From the NCBI GenBank assembly GCA_025457915.1, contig JALOTL010000005.1:68852-132851 (forward strand): DNA of 64,000 nucleotides, given 5' to 3'. A program made the position numbers and the translations under genes. The stretch comes from Spirochaetota bacterium (GTDB lineage: Bacteria; Spirochaetota; UBA4802; UBA5550). The number at the start of each line of letters is the position of its first letter. Position 1 is the stretch's first letter. Below, piece by piece: positions 19,524 to 29,046 of the stretch. The notes beneath the pieces were generated by a model. That model saw nothing but the letters and a program-made list of their open reading frames with translations. It was not told the DNA's origin and did no database searches.

Positions 19524-20382
19524 CATACTCGCCTGTCCTTCCTGCAAAAAAAAGATTGTATTGAAGGAGAATTTTTTCCGCTGCGGGTCGTGCAAGAAAA
19601 ATTTCGAGATGATAAACGGCGTCCCGGTGCTGATGACGGAAATTAAAAAAAAGAAATACGGCGGGATGATGAACAGCGATGAATCGAAAAAAATGATGTC
19701 CGAATACTACGGGAAAGAGGATTTCCTGGACAGGATGTCGAAGAAAATCCCTCTTCCGTTCCCGATGTACAATGCGCGTCCACAGTTCAAAAAAAGCATA
19801 TGGAATAAACTTTACGAATCAAGGAAGGAGCGGACCCTGGTGCTGAGCATCGGCGGCGGGCCTTCAAGAGACGACCATCGTGAAATAAATTTGAACATAG
19901 GGCTTTTCCCCAACGTGGATATAGTCGCCGATGGATACGAGGTGCCCATCCGTAGCGGAAGCGTCGACAGCGTAATCTGCAAGGCGGTGCTTGAACACGT
20001 TGAGTTTCCGGACAAGCTGATCAGGGAGATGCGCAGGGTCCTGAAAAAGGGGGGACACCTTTATGTCGAGGCCCCGTTCCTTTTTGTTTACCATTCCTAC
20101 CCGTCAGATTTTTTCAGGTACACGGTTACCGGCCTGGAGGCCCTCTGTTCTGATTTCAGTAAAATTGAAAGCGGCATTGTGCTCGGTCCGACGTCCTCGG
20201 TGCTGGAGATATTCATCACTTATATTTTACTTTTAGTTCCGAACATCAAGTTTTTAAAGAAAATGACCAGCGCTTTTTTCAGGATCATTCTATCGCCATT
20301 CAAATACCTGGACCTGCTTCTCAATAAAAAAGAAGGCGCCCATTCCCTCTCGGCGGGATTGTATTTTTTCGGTGCGAAATAG
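19504..20382 (+). CDS. SAM-dependent methyltransferase with an N-terminal Trm112-like zinc-ribbon domain
   Basis: The N-terminus LLDILACPSCKKKIVLKENFFRCGSCKKNFEMINGVPVLM is Trm112-like. A class I methyltransferase fold follows (LVLSIGGGPSRD...DSVICKAVLEHVEFPDKLIREMRRVLKKGGHLYV). The ORF opens at 19483, but the ATG at 19504 has an AAGGAAA Shine-Dalgarno. Confidence 0.7.
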   Translation: MKKDLLDILACPSCKKKIVLKENFFRCGSCKKNFEMINGVPVLMTEIKKKKYGGMMNSDESKKMMSEYYGKEDFLDRMSKKIPLPFPMYNARPQFKKSIWNKLYESRKERTLVLSIGGGPSRDDHREINLNIGLFPNVDIVADGYEVPIRSGSVDSVICKAVLEHVEFPDKLIREMRRVLKKGGHLYVEAPFLFVYHSYPSDFFRYTVTGLEALCSDFSKIESGIVLGPTSSVLEIFITYILLLVPNIKFLKKMTSAFFRIILSPFKYLDLLLNKKEGAHSLSAGLYFFGAK

Positions 20383-21025
20383 ACGGGGGATCCGGCATAT
20401 GCAGTATGTTAATATATCGATTGTCGATCTGGCTTTGATTTTTATTATTCCCCCGGCTATGATGTTTTTTTTATCAGTGATTTTTATAGCCGCATCCATG
20501 CGGTTTGATAACAGGTTCAGGGACGACCTGGTTTCTTACATGATAAGGACAGGTAAAGGCGCGAATTTCATAAACGGCGCAATAGCCCTGTTCGGCGATA
20601 ACGGGATACAGGCCCTTTCATGCTTCAGACTATCGAACTGGTTTTATAAAAAAGGGATTAATTTCATTGCCGATGTTTTAAGAAAAATCGGAATTTTTAT
20701 TACCGGCATCGATATCGCCCCGAGCGCCGAGATAGGGGGAGGGCTTGAGATATTTCACGGGACCGGCATCGTCATCGGGAGAGAAGTTGTAATCGGCAGA
20801 AACAACTGGATATTCCAGGGCGTTTCAATCGGCTACAGCGGGTCCGGGTGTCCCAGGATCGGCGACAATGTTAAAATGTTTGCCGGCGCCGTACTGGCCG
20901 GGGATATAAAAGTGGGTAGCAACAGCATGATAGGAGCTAATGTTGTTCTCACGAAAAGCGTGCCGGACAATTCCAAGGTGGTTGCGCCAGCTCCGGTAGT
21001 AACGAGGGGTACGGTAAGAAAATGA
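20372..21025 (+). CDS. Membrane-anchored hexapeptide-repeat acetyltransferase (serine-acetyltransferase-like)
   Basis: N-terminal transmembrane helix, then a SAT-like region (ALFGDNGIQALSCFRLSNWFYKKGINFIADVLRKIGIFITGIDIAPSAEIGGGLEIFHGTGIVIGREVVIGRNNWIFQGVSIG...IGDNVKMFAGAVLAGDIKVGSNSMIGANVVL). Confidence 0.7.
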   Translation: MRNRRGIRHMQYVNISIVDLALIFIIPPAMMFFLSVIFIAASMRFDNRFRDDLVSYMIRTGKGANFINGAIALFGDNGIQALSCFRLSNWFYKKGINFIADVLRKIGIFITGIDIAPSAEIGGGLEIFHGTGIVIGREVVIGRNNWIFQGVSIGYSGSGCPRIGDNVKMFAGAVLAGDIKVGSNSMIGANVVLTKSVPDNSKVVAPAPVVTRGTVRK

Positions 21026-21978
21026 AGGGAACATGCGGTCTATGCGACAGCGGGATGAAGAAGTATTTATTCTCTGCATCGGGAAGCGATCTGGTTGAAT
21101 GCCTCAATTGCGGTTTCGTTTTCGTTGAAAAAATTCCAAGCTGGTCCCGGTTGAAGTCAAGGCTTGATTTCTGGGGAAAACAGGACGTATGCGATACGGC
21201 AAGGCTGTCCGATTCATTTTCCAGCGAGTGCTCGGAGGACAACAGGTCAAAACTCGGATACATCGAGAAACATGCCGGGAGAAGGGGGAAACTGCTCGAG
21301 ATAGGTTGTTCCACCGGCGCATTTCTGGGTTTTGCAAGGGACACCGGATGGGACTGTACCGGCATCGAGATTTCAGAGGATTCATCGCGTTATGCAAGGG
21401 AGGAATTGGGTCTTGAAGTGTTGAATTGCGATTTCGATGATGTTGAATTTAAAAAAGAAGAATATTCGGCGCTGGCCGCTTTTGACGTCATAGAACATGT
21501 CGTTGATCCATTGAAGTTCGTAAACAGGGCCAACATGCTCCTCAGGATGGGCGGCGTTCTGGCTCTCAGCACCCCGAATTTTTCAAGCATAACTTACAGG
21601 TTATTGAAGGAAAGATGGTGGGTGGTGAGGTGCCTCGATGAGCATCTGCATTTTTTTACTCCGGGTACCATGAAAAGGATGCTCAGGAAAAGCGGATTCA
21701 GGGTCGTGCGCTGTTATACGCGACAGGTGGATTTATTCAATATAATGTTCACATTGAAGAACAGGAAGGCGGGTGATTATTACCAGGCGAGAGACAGGCG
21801 GCAGAACCTTAAAAAGGTTTCCATATTGAGAATATGTTTCTCGGCCGTGAAAAAGCTGATAAATCTGTCTTTCAGATTGCGGGTGTCGCCGTTTTACAAC
21901 ATGGGTGAGCAGATTGTATGCTACGCGGTTAAAATCGGCGAACCCGAAAAAGCCGCGACCGGCGGAAATGCTCTATGA
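21022..21978 (+). CDS. SAM-dependent methyltransferase with an N-terminal C4 zinc ribbon
   Basis: CGLCDS...CLNCGF zinc ribbon. Class I methyltransferase motifs LLEIGCSTGAFL and AAFDVIEHVVDP...RMGGVLALSTPN. Confidence 0.7.
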   Translation: MKGTCGLCDSGMKKYLFSASGSDLVECLNCGFVFVEKIPSWSRLKSRLDFWGKQDVCDTARLSDSFSSECSEDNRSKLGYIEKHAGRRGKLLEIGCSTGAFLGFARDTGWDCTGIEISEDSSRYAREELGLEVLNCDFDDVEFKKEEYSALAAFDVIEHVVDPLKFVNRANMLLRMGGVLALSTPNFSSITYRLLKERWWVVRCLDEHLHFFTPGTMKRMLRKSGFRVVRCYTRQVDLFNIMFTLKNRKAGDYYQARDRRQNLKKVSILRICFSAVKKLINLSFRLRVSPFYNMGEQIVCYAVKIGEPEKAATGGNAL

Positions 21979-23057
21979 GGGTTCTTTTTTTAAGCCCGTA
22001 TCCGATCGATGGCCCGTCCACCCGGTACCGTTTGACGCAATTCTTCAGGTATTTGAATTCAAACGGAGTGGAATGCAAACTCAGTCCGTTCATGTCGCGG
22101 GGTTTTTACGCAATACGGCGGAGGTTCGGTTTTCTTGCAACGGCCAGAAAAATTTTTTACTTCTTTTTTTCAACCTTCAGGAGATTTGCCGGGATATTCT
22201 TTCTGTGGAGATACGACGTTCTTTTCATTCACAGGGAGATATTTCCGATCGGTCCCCCGTTTTTTGAAAAAATATATTGCCTGTTGAACCCGAGGATGAT
22301 ACTCGATTTTGACGATGCCATATACTCAAGCCCGACCTCCGGTCTCGACCAGAGATCGATTTTTAAGGATGAAGGCAAGCTCGACAAGGTGGTTGCCATG
22401 TGCAGCCGGGTTATCGTGGGAAACATGTACCTGTATAATTGGGCCGTCAGGTTCAATGATAATGTCCGGATGATTCCCACGACCGTTTATCTGGACGGAT
22501 TAATCATGAAGAAACATGAAAATAAAAAGAAACCTGTGATCGGATGGATCGGGAATCTTGGAAACGCCCATTACGTTCTGTCCCTGGGCGGTGTTTTATC
22601 CGCCCTTTCAGAAAAATACGATTTCGTTTTGAAGCTGGTGGGCGGCGCTGATATTTTTGAAATCAAAATCAAAAACGTGAATATTGAATACAAGCCCTGG
22701 AATATGAAAGATGAAACCGGCGATATTTTGAGTTTTGATATCGGCATAATGCCCCTTTTAAAAACTGAATTTGACATGGGGAAGTGCGGCTTTAAAATAA
22801 TCCAGTATTCATCCATGGGCATCCCGGCGGTTGCATCTGCCGTGGGATGCAATAATGAAATAATTGACAATGAAGAAAACGGCTATCTTGCTGAAACCCC
22901 GGAAGACTGGTACAGGTTTCTGGAAAAGCTGATCACCGGTTTCAAATTCAGGGCGCTGATGGGGGAAAAGGCAAGAACCCGCATAGAAAAAAAATATAAT
23001 GCAGCGTCAGCCGAAAAGGATTTATTAAAAATAATAAAGGAAGTGGCGGAGATATGA
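21975..23057 (+). CDS. Glycosyltransferase, GT-B fold (family 1/4-like)
   Basis: C-terminal GT1-like nucleotide-sugar binding region (PVIGWIGNLGNAHYVLS...GFKIIQYSSMGIPAVASAVGCNNEIIDNEENGYLAETPEDW). Confidence 0.7.
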   Translation: MRVLFLSPYPIDGPSTRYRLTQFFRYLNSNGVECKLSPFMSRGFYAIRRRFGFLATARKIFYFFFSTFRRFAGIFFLWRYDVLFIHREIFPIGPPFFEKIYCLLNPRMILDFDDAIYSSPTSGLDQRSIFKDEGKLDKVVAMCSRVIVGNMYLYNWAVRFNDNVRMIPTTVYLDGLIMKKHENKKKPVIGWIGNLGNAHYVLSLGGVLSALSEKYDFVLKLVGGADIFEIKIKNVNIEYKPWNMKDETGDILSFDIGIMPLLKTEFDMGKCGFKIIQYSSMGIPAVASAVGCNNEIIDNEENGYLAETPEDWYRFLEKLITGFKFRALMGEKARTRIEKKYNAASAEKDLLKIIKEVAEI

Positions 23058-24619
23058 AGCTTGGACATGTTTTTTATTTACTGGTTCTGGTTCAATTCGG
23101 ATTTCAGTTGAGCGGCTGCACCGAGTGCAGCGGGGCGACCCAGCCGAAAACCGGCATCATGATCAAGGTTGACGCAAAAAGCGTTTCACACACGGTAAGT
23201 CCGATGATTTTCGGAACGAATCTGCAGTGGGAAAAGGACGGGGACGGCATAATAAAGAAAGTGCACGATGACGGGAATACCGTGGAATACAACAGTGAAG
23301 TCATGGAGCGCATGAAAGACCTTCGGGTAGCCATGCTCAGGTTTCCCGGCGGAAGCCTCGCTGATAAATACGTCTGGGAACACGGCATCGGCGGTTTGAA
23401 TAAGCGCGGCATGAATCCGGGTTTTGATGATAAGATGATGAAATCCAACCTTGGCCTGGATGAATTCGTTACAATCTGCAGGACAATGAAATATGAACCC
23501 ATGTATACGGTGAATTTCAACACGAAACCTGATAACGCCAGGGATCTGGTCGAATACTGCAATTCAACAAACACCAAAAAGGCCTCGCTGAGAAAAGAAA
23601 ACGGATATAAAAAACCTCACGGTATCAGGTACTGGGAAATTGGTAATGAAATTTATTCAACCCTTGAGAAGGGGCATACCACTCCGGAGGAGTATTCGAG
23701 GAAATACATTGAATTCTACAAGAAAATGAAGCAGGCGGACCCGAAAATCCTTGTCGGTGCGATTTATGAGGTAACATTCCAGAAGGCGCCGTGGGTAAAG
23801 AATTCGCAATACGCTTATCTCCTGAAATGGAATGAGGCTGTCGCCTCCAGGATATCGAAATATACAGATTTCGCATCCATACACTTTTATTGTCCGTTCG
23901 ACTATAAGTTCAGTGAAAGCGATCTGAACGATATAATAATGGCTTCGCCGAAGATGTTCATAGAGGCATGCGTTGACCTCAATAGAATGCTTGATAAAAA
24001 AACAAAGCTTTTCGTCACCGAATATAATATTTTTTTCACACCCTCCCAGTTTAAAAAGGTGTCCTCGGCAGGGGGGGCCATGTTCATCGGTTCGATGCTC
24101 ATGGAATTTGCAAAGAACAACATCGGGGGCGCCTGTCAATGGTCGCTGCTGAACAATACGTATTTCGGAATGATAAGGTCCGACAAATCCATCATCCTCA
24201 GGCCCTCATACCATGTTTTTAAAATGCTGAGGAACCACTGCGGAAAATATGTCGTTAAATCCGAAAGCAATTCCCCGACCTTCAACTGCAAGGCTTTCGG
24301 CAACATGCCGGAAAAAAACAATGTTCCGCTTGTTGAAACCCTCGCCACGATGGACGAAAATAAAAAAATACTGTATGTCGTCGTCCAGAATAAAAGCCTT
24401 GAAAGATCATTTGACGCAAAAATCAGCATTAACAATGCCGGATTCAAGGATGACGTGAATGTCGCGGAGGTTTCATCAAGGGAAATATTCGATGACAATG
24501 AAGATGGGGTCAAGATAACACCAAGGAATTTTAAAATTAAGGCGAATAAAACTATTGATTTCGTATCGAAGCCGTGTTCCATAACGGCATTTAAGATTAA
24601 TCTTGCTTCCGCCAGATAA
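23054..24619 (+). CDS. Secreted/lipoprotein glycoside hydrolase (GH51/GH39/GH79-like (beta/alpha)8 TIM-barrel)
   Basis: Lipobox LSGC. Motifs LRFPGGSLADKYVWEHGIG and the catalytic acid/base YWEIGNEIY, typical of clan GH-A hydrolases such as GH51 arabinofuranosidase-like enzymes. A beta-sandwich C-terminal domain follows. Confidence 0.55.
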   Translation: MKLGHVFYLLVLVQFGFQLSGCTECSGATQPKTGIMIKVDAKSVSHTVSPMIFGTNLQWEKDGDGIIKKVHDDGNTVEYNSEVMERMKDLRVAMLRFPGGSLADKYVWEHGIGGLNKRGMNPGFDDKMMKSNLGLDEFVTICRTMKYEPMYTVNFNTKPDNARDLVEYCNSTNTKKASLRKENGYKKPHGIRYWEIGNEIYSTLEKGHTTPEEYSRKYIEFYKKMKQADPKILVGAIYEVTFQKAPWVKNSQYAYLLKWNEAVASRISKYTDFASIHFYCPFDYKFSESDLNDIIMASPKMFIEACVDLNRMLDKKTKLFVTEYNIFFTPSQFKKVSSAGGAMFIGSMLMEFAKNNIGGACQWSLLNNTYFGMIRSDKSIILRPSYHVFKMLRNHCGKYVVKSESNSPTFNCKAFGNMPEKNNVPLVETLATMDENKKILYVVVQNKSLERSFDAKISINNAGFKDDVNVAEVSSREIFDDNEDGVKITPRNFKIKANKTIDFVSKPCSITAFKINLASAR

Positions 24620-24660
24620 ATCTGTATTCAGGGTTTTATTGTACAATAACAGGGGAAAAA

Positions 24661-25803
24661 ATGAGGATAGCAATACCGGTAAACAAGGCTCATACGAAAA
24701 TGGGGAGCGGGGATTATACTTCGTTTTATTATATACTGAAATACCTGTCGGAAAAGGACAAGCTTAACGAATACAGGATTTATTTCAACGACGATCCGTC
24801 TGAATTCAGGGAATTTGAAAGGAGCGGGTTTGAATATGTCAGCCTTTATAAGAAGGGCTTTATCCGTGACAGGTTGTTCAATAGATACGAGGTCTGGCAG
24901 AATACTACACTGCGCGCAAAGATAAGAAAAGATTCCCCGGACGTGTCGTTTTTCATCGATGCCAAAATGCCTGTCAGATTGAAGAACCCGTCGGTTGCCA
25001 GGATCCAGGACCTGGCATTTTTCAATTTCCCGGACCATTTCAAGCCGAAGGACAACTTCAGGCTCAGGCATAATCTCAAAAACTGCGTGGAACACGCGCA
25101 CGTTCTCATCGCGATTTCCCACAACACAAAAAAGGACATTCTTGAAAGATTTAATATCCCAGAATCAAAAATCCATGTTGTTGAAAACGGCAAGTCGCCT
25201 ATTTTCGTTAAGATAAAAGACCGCGGAAGAATAAAAAAGACGTTAAATAAATACGGGATCCCGGATAAATACATCCTGCACGTAGGGGTGCTTCAAAAAA
25301 GAAAAAACATTCCGAATCTGATCAGGGCTTTTTTTGAGCTGAAAAACAAACGCGATATCGATCATAAACTGGTTCTTGTGGGGTCCAGGGGATGGCTGTA
25401 TTCAGACATATTCGATATTACTGATAAATATGATCCTGAAAGAAAAAATGTTATATTCCTGGATTTCGTGTCGGAGGATGAACTTGTTCATATATACAAT
25501 GGAGCGGATGTTTTCGCATTCCCTTCATTATATGAAGGGTTCGGCATACCGATCATTGAGGCCATGGCGTGCGGGACACCCGTTGTTTCTTCATCGGCTT
25601 CCTGCATGCCGGAGGTCGGCCGTGATGCGGCGATTTATTTCGACCCCTGCGATGTTGATGATATGGCGGATAAAATATATTCAGTCATTTCCGACAAAAA
25701 CCTGAAGAAAAACCACATCGAGAAGGGTTTAAAAAGATCCATGGCCTATGACTGGGGTAAAACGGCTTCAGGAATCATTGACGTGATAAAAAAATCGTTT
25801 TGA
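24661..25803 (+). CDS. Glycosyltransferase family 1 (GT4-type)
   Basis: Canonical GT4 C-terminal motif FPSLYEGFGIPIIEAMACGTPVVSSSASCMPEVGRDAAIYFDP. Confidence 0.8.
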   Translation: MRIAIPVNKAHTKMGSGDYTSFYYILKYLSEKDKLNEYRIYFNDDPSEFREFERSGFEYVSLYKKGFIRDRLFNRYEVWQNTTLRAKIRKDSPDVSFFIDAKMPVRLKNPSVARIQDLAFFNFPDHFKPKDNFRLRHNLKNCVEHAHVLIAISHNTKKDILERFNIPESKIHVVENGKSPIFVKIKDRGRIKKTLNKYGIPDKYILHVGVLQKRKNIPNLIRAFFELKNKRDIDHKLVLVGSRGWLYSDIFDITDKYDPERKNVIFLDFVSEDELVHIYNGADVFAFPSLYEGFGIPIIEAMACGTPVVSSSASCMPEVGRDAAIYFDPCDVDDMADKIYSVISDKNLKKNHIEKGLKRSMAYDWGKTASGIIDVIKKSF

Positions 25804-26915
25804 AAAAGTGGGGCAAAATGAAAGTCGCAATTCTTGGAACGAGAGGGATCCCCGCTAATTACGGCGGTTTTGAAACATTTGCCGAGGAATTGGGCACGCG
25901 TCTCGTGAAGAAGGGATTCGATGTTTCAATATATTGTCGGAGGGATGACGGGAAATCCCCTGATGAATTCTACAAAGGTGTCAGGCTGATTGTTTTGCCG
26001 ACCATCAAACATAAGTATTTCGATACAATAGCCCATACCTTTATATCCGCGCTGCATGTTTCCTTTACCAGGACTGATATTGTATATTTCTGCAACGCGA
26101 TAAACAGCATATTTATGATATTCCCGAGGCTGTTCGGGAAAAAAGTAGTCATGAATGTCGACGGCCTGGAGTGGAAAAGGGCGAAGTGGAACAGGCTCGG
26201 CAAATGGGCTTACCGCGTTTCGGAGAGGATCGCAACGATATTTGCGAATGAAATCGTTTCTGATTCAAGGGGCATACAGGCTTATTATAAGGAAAAATTC
26301 AATGCCGAGACCAATTTTATAACATATGGCGCGAGGAGGGCCGCGGTTTCCAGGTCCGGAGGTTATTTAAAAAAATTCGGTTTAAAAAAACGCAAATACA
26401 TATTATACGTAAGCAGGCTGGAGCCGGAGAACAATGCCCATGTCGTGATAAAAGCGTATGAAAAGGTCAAAACCGATATGCCGCTGGTGATTGTCGGGGA
26501 TGCTCCTTACGGAAAACCTTACATCGAACAGCTCAGATCGACGAAGGATTCAAGGATAAAATTCCTCGGGAGCATTTACGGCGAGGGTTACAGGGCCCTT
26601 CAGAGCAATGCTTTCTGCTATATACACGGCAACGAGGTTGGCGGAACAAATCCCGCGCTGCTCGAGGCGATGGCTTATGGAAATTGTGTTATAGTGAACG
26701 GGGTGCCGTTCAACAGGGAGGTTGTAGGGGATTGCGGTTTATGGTTTAAGCCCGGAGACCCGTCTGATTTAAAGAGAAAAATCGAACACCTTTTTAAGAA
26801 ATCGCGTGAAGTCGCGCGGTTCAGAAAGATGGCGCCGGAAAGAATTAAGAAGCATTACAACTGGGATGATATAGTTGAAAAATATATAATTTTTTTCCGG
26901 GCAATTATAAAATAA
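25800..26915 (+). CDS. Glycosyltransferase family 1 with a DUF1972-type N-terminal domain
   Basis: MKVAILGTRGIPANYGGFETFAEEL N-terminus (true start likely the ATG at 25818). GT1 C-terminal motif HGNEVGGTNPALLEAMAYGNCVIVNGVPFNREVVG. Confidence 0.7.
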   Translation: MKKWGKMKVAILGTRGIPANYGGFETFAEELGTRLVKKGFDVSIYCRRDDGKSPDEFYKGVRLIVLPTIKHKYFDTIAHTFISALHVSFTRTDIVYFCNAINSIFMIFPRLFGKKVVMNVDGLEWKRAKWNRLGKWAYRVSERIATIFANEIVSDSRGIQAYYKEKFNAETNFITYGARRAAVSRSGGYLKKFGLKKRKYILYVSRLEPENNAHVVIKAYEKVKTDMPLVIVGDAPYGKPYIEQLRSTKDSRIKFLGSIYGEGYRALQSNAFCYIHGNEVGGTNPALLEAMAYGNCVIVNGVPFNREVVGDCGLWFKPGDPSDLKRKIEHLFKKSREVARFRKMAPERIKKHYNWDDIVEKYIIFFRAIIK

Positions 26916-26990
26916 ATCAGTAATCCGGGATATCGCACTGTTTCCCGAATATTTTCAATAATGGTGATAAATCTGAAATTTGATGCTTTA

Positions 26991-28241
26991 TTATAATGAA
27001 AGAGAATCTTCGATTTCCAGGAAGCATTTGATTCCATTGCCTTCCAGCATTTTTACGGCCGTTTTCAGCCTTTCCATGATGACGCTTTCCTCGATTTTGC
27101 CGTCCATTTTTGACGCGACCGTGTCTTCTCCATCATAGTAAGGATACAGGGTCACTTCGTCCAGGTTTATTTTAGAAAGCCATTCCACCGTAAGATGAAA
27201 ATCCTCCTCGGTTTCATTCGGGAATCCTACTATAACATGGGTAAAAAGCGTTATATTCTCATTTGCTTTTTTTATCCGGTCAAATACCTCCGCGATTTCT
27301 TCTATGGAATGATGACGGTTCATTAGTTTTAAAATTTTATTGCTACCGGATTGTATGGGGCACAGTATTTTTTTTATTTTGCCTTCCTTGATCCTTTTAA
27401 GAATTTCGGACTGGTGTTTTATTGCCCATCTCGGATGCAGTTCCTGTATTTCCCAGATAACTTCGCGGTTTTTATCCGCCCTGGAAAGGTCGGCGAGCAG
27501 ACGCGAGAAATCAGTTTCGATATCCAGTCCGTATGCGCCGACGTTGTCTGCCAGTATAAGAATGTTCCTGTAGCCGGCATCGATTAATTTTTTATATTCC
27601 TCAATGCATTGTTCCGGCGGCTTGCTTCTTAATTTGCCGACGGCCCGGTAAATGCAGCAGTAAGAGCATCTGTCAACACAGCCGTTGGCGATCCTCAGCA
27701 GGGCCTGGGAGGGGGCGGGGGCTTTTGATTTGTTTTTAAAGGAATCGATCAGCATGGATGTCCTGTTTTTGAAGAAAAAAACGATTCTCCTTGCAAATTT
27801 TTTCGATAATTCAAATTTATTTATCACTCTTCGGATGAATGGATATGGAGACCGGTTATAATTCGGCGGAAAGAAATTCGCGTCCGGCACATCCGCAAAT
27901 TTTATTTTAAACTCGGTGAAATACCCGTCTATCTCATGGAGATTTTTAGTTGAAACGAATTTTCCCGTGAATCTCTGGTTGAATTTTTCAGGGACGATCT
28001 CCGGAAGGCAGTCGACAATAATAAGCTCCCCTTTATACCTTGAGAGATCCTCGATGTGAGCGAAGCATTCTTCCTCCTTGCTTTTTTTAAAAGCGCAGGT
28101 CGAGAAGATAATGTAATCGGCCATTTTCAGGTCATCGATTATCCTGTGGCCATTTACTTCAAAATACCTCATCAGGCGGGAAACATCAAGGCCCCTTCTG
28201 GCGCAGCCATTGGTGAAAATAAAGACGTTCAAAGCGTTCAT
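26991..28241 (-). CDS. Radical SAM enzyme of the MiaB-like methylthiotransferase family (MTTase N-terminal domain plus radical-SAM core; no TRAM domain)
   Basis: Three-Cys MTTase N-domain (FTNGCARRG...STCAF...IVDCLPE). Radical-SAM cluster motif IANGCVDRCSYCCIY (CxxxCxxC) and a MiaB-like C-terminal region. Confidence 0.65.
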   Translation of the reverse strand: MNALNVFIFTNGCARRGLDVSRLMRYFEVNGHRIIDDLKMADYIIFSTCAFKKSKEEECFAHIEDLSRYKGELIIVDCLPEIVPEKFNQRFTGKFVSTKNLHEIDGYFTEFKIKFADVPDANFFPPNYNRSPYPFIRRVINKFELSKKFARRIVFFFKNRTSMLIDSFKNKSKAPAPSQALLRIANGCVDRCSYCCIYRAVGKLRSKPPEQCIEEYKKLIDAGYRNILILADNVGAYGLDIETDFSRLLADLSRADKNREVIWEIQELHPRWAIKHQSEILKRIKEGKIKKILCPIQSGSNKILKLMNRHHSIEEIAEVFDRIKKANENITLFTHVIVGFPNETEEDFHLTVEWLSKINLDEVTLYPYYDGEDTVASKMDGKIEESVIMERLKTAVKMLEGNGIKCFLEIEDSLSL

Positions 28242-28251
28242 CTTTTAATCC

Positions 28252-29046
28252 TCATTTCTTAAATAATAAAATTTCATCGGTTCTCAACGGGGAAAAAAAT
28301 CTCAGGTAGGGCACGAGGCTGTTCCGCACCACGTTTCCGATGCTCCCCATTTTTGTAAGGGTCAATGATATAAAATTAGTGGGCTGATTTTCTGGCATTA
28401 TCCGCTTGATCTCGTTCAGGAAAATTTTTTTGAACATCGTCCATGTCCAGTCGCTGACCAGGGTCATGCCGTTTTTGTGGAAGTATTCTATCCAGAATTT
28501 TCTCGGCCTGACATTCACGTGGGTTTTGTCGGCGGTCGCGCTTCTGCTGTCCGGAGTCGGTACAACGACCAGCGCATAGCCGTCATTTTTCAATACCCGC
28601 TGTATCTCTTCGACGGCGGACTTAAAACTGTAGAGATGTTCTAGCACGCCAATGACCGTAACGAAATCGAAGTAGCCGCTGTCAAAGGGAAGTGTCTGGT
28701 TTTCTATGTCTACTATCCGGAGTTTATTCTTTATTTTTTGACATGCCTGTGAAACCGCGTATTCGCTTATATCTATGCCGTAGGCATCGATTCCGAGTCT
28801 GTCGAAGATTTCAACAAGGTAGCCCTTTGCGCATCCGATATCCAGTTCATTGGACGGATTTAGTACCTGGTGAATGGTATTTCCTATCGAGTTCAAATAC
28901 TTGGAGGTATTGTCGAGATTATAGATCCTGTTGTTGACAAGACCCGCCCCCTGCTCGAAATACCCTTCATCAAATAGCATTTTACGTTCGTTCATAACGG
29001 CCCGGATTGTTGATATTAATAGTGTAGCTTGAATTTTTTTTGCCAT
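28252..29046 (-). CDS. Class I SAM-dependent methyltransferase
   Basis: Motifs LDIGCAKGYLVEIFDRLGIDAYGIDISEYAV and DFVTVIGVLEHL...VLKNDGYALVVVP. Confidence 0.75.
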   Translation of the reverse strand: MAKKIQATLLISTIRAVMNERKMLFDEGYFEQGAGLVNNRIYNLDNTSKYLNSIGNTIHQVLNPSNELDIGCAKGYLVEIFDRLGIDAYGIDISEYAVSQACQKIKNKLRIVDIENQTLPFDSGYFDFVTVIGVLEHLYSFKSAVEEIQRVLKNDGYALVVVPTPDSRSATADKTHVNVRPRKFWIEYFHKNGMTLVSDWTWTMFKKIFLNEIKRIMPENQPTNFISLTLTKMGSIGNVVRNSLVPYLRFFSPLRTDEILLFKK

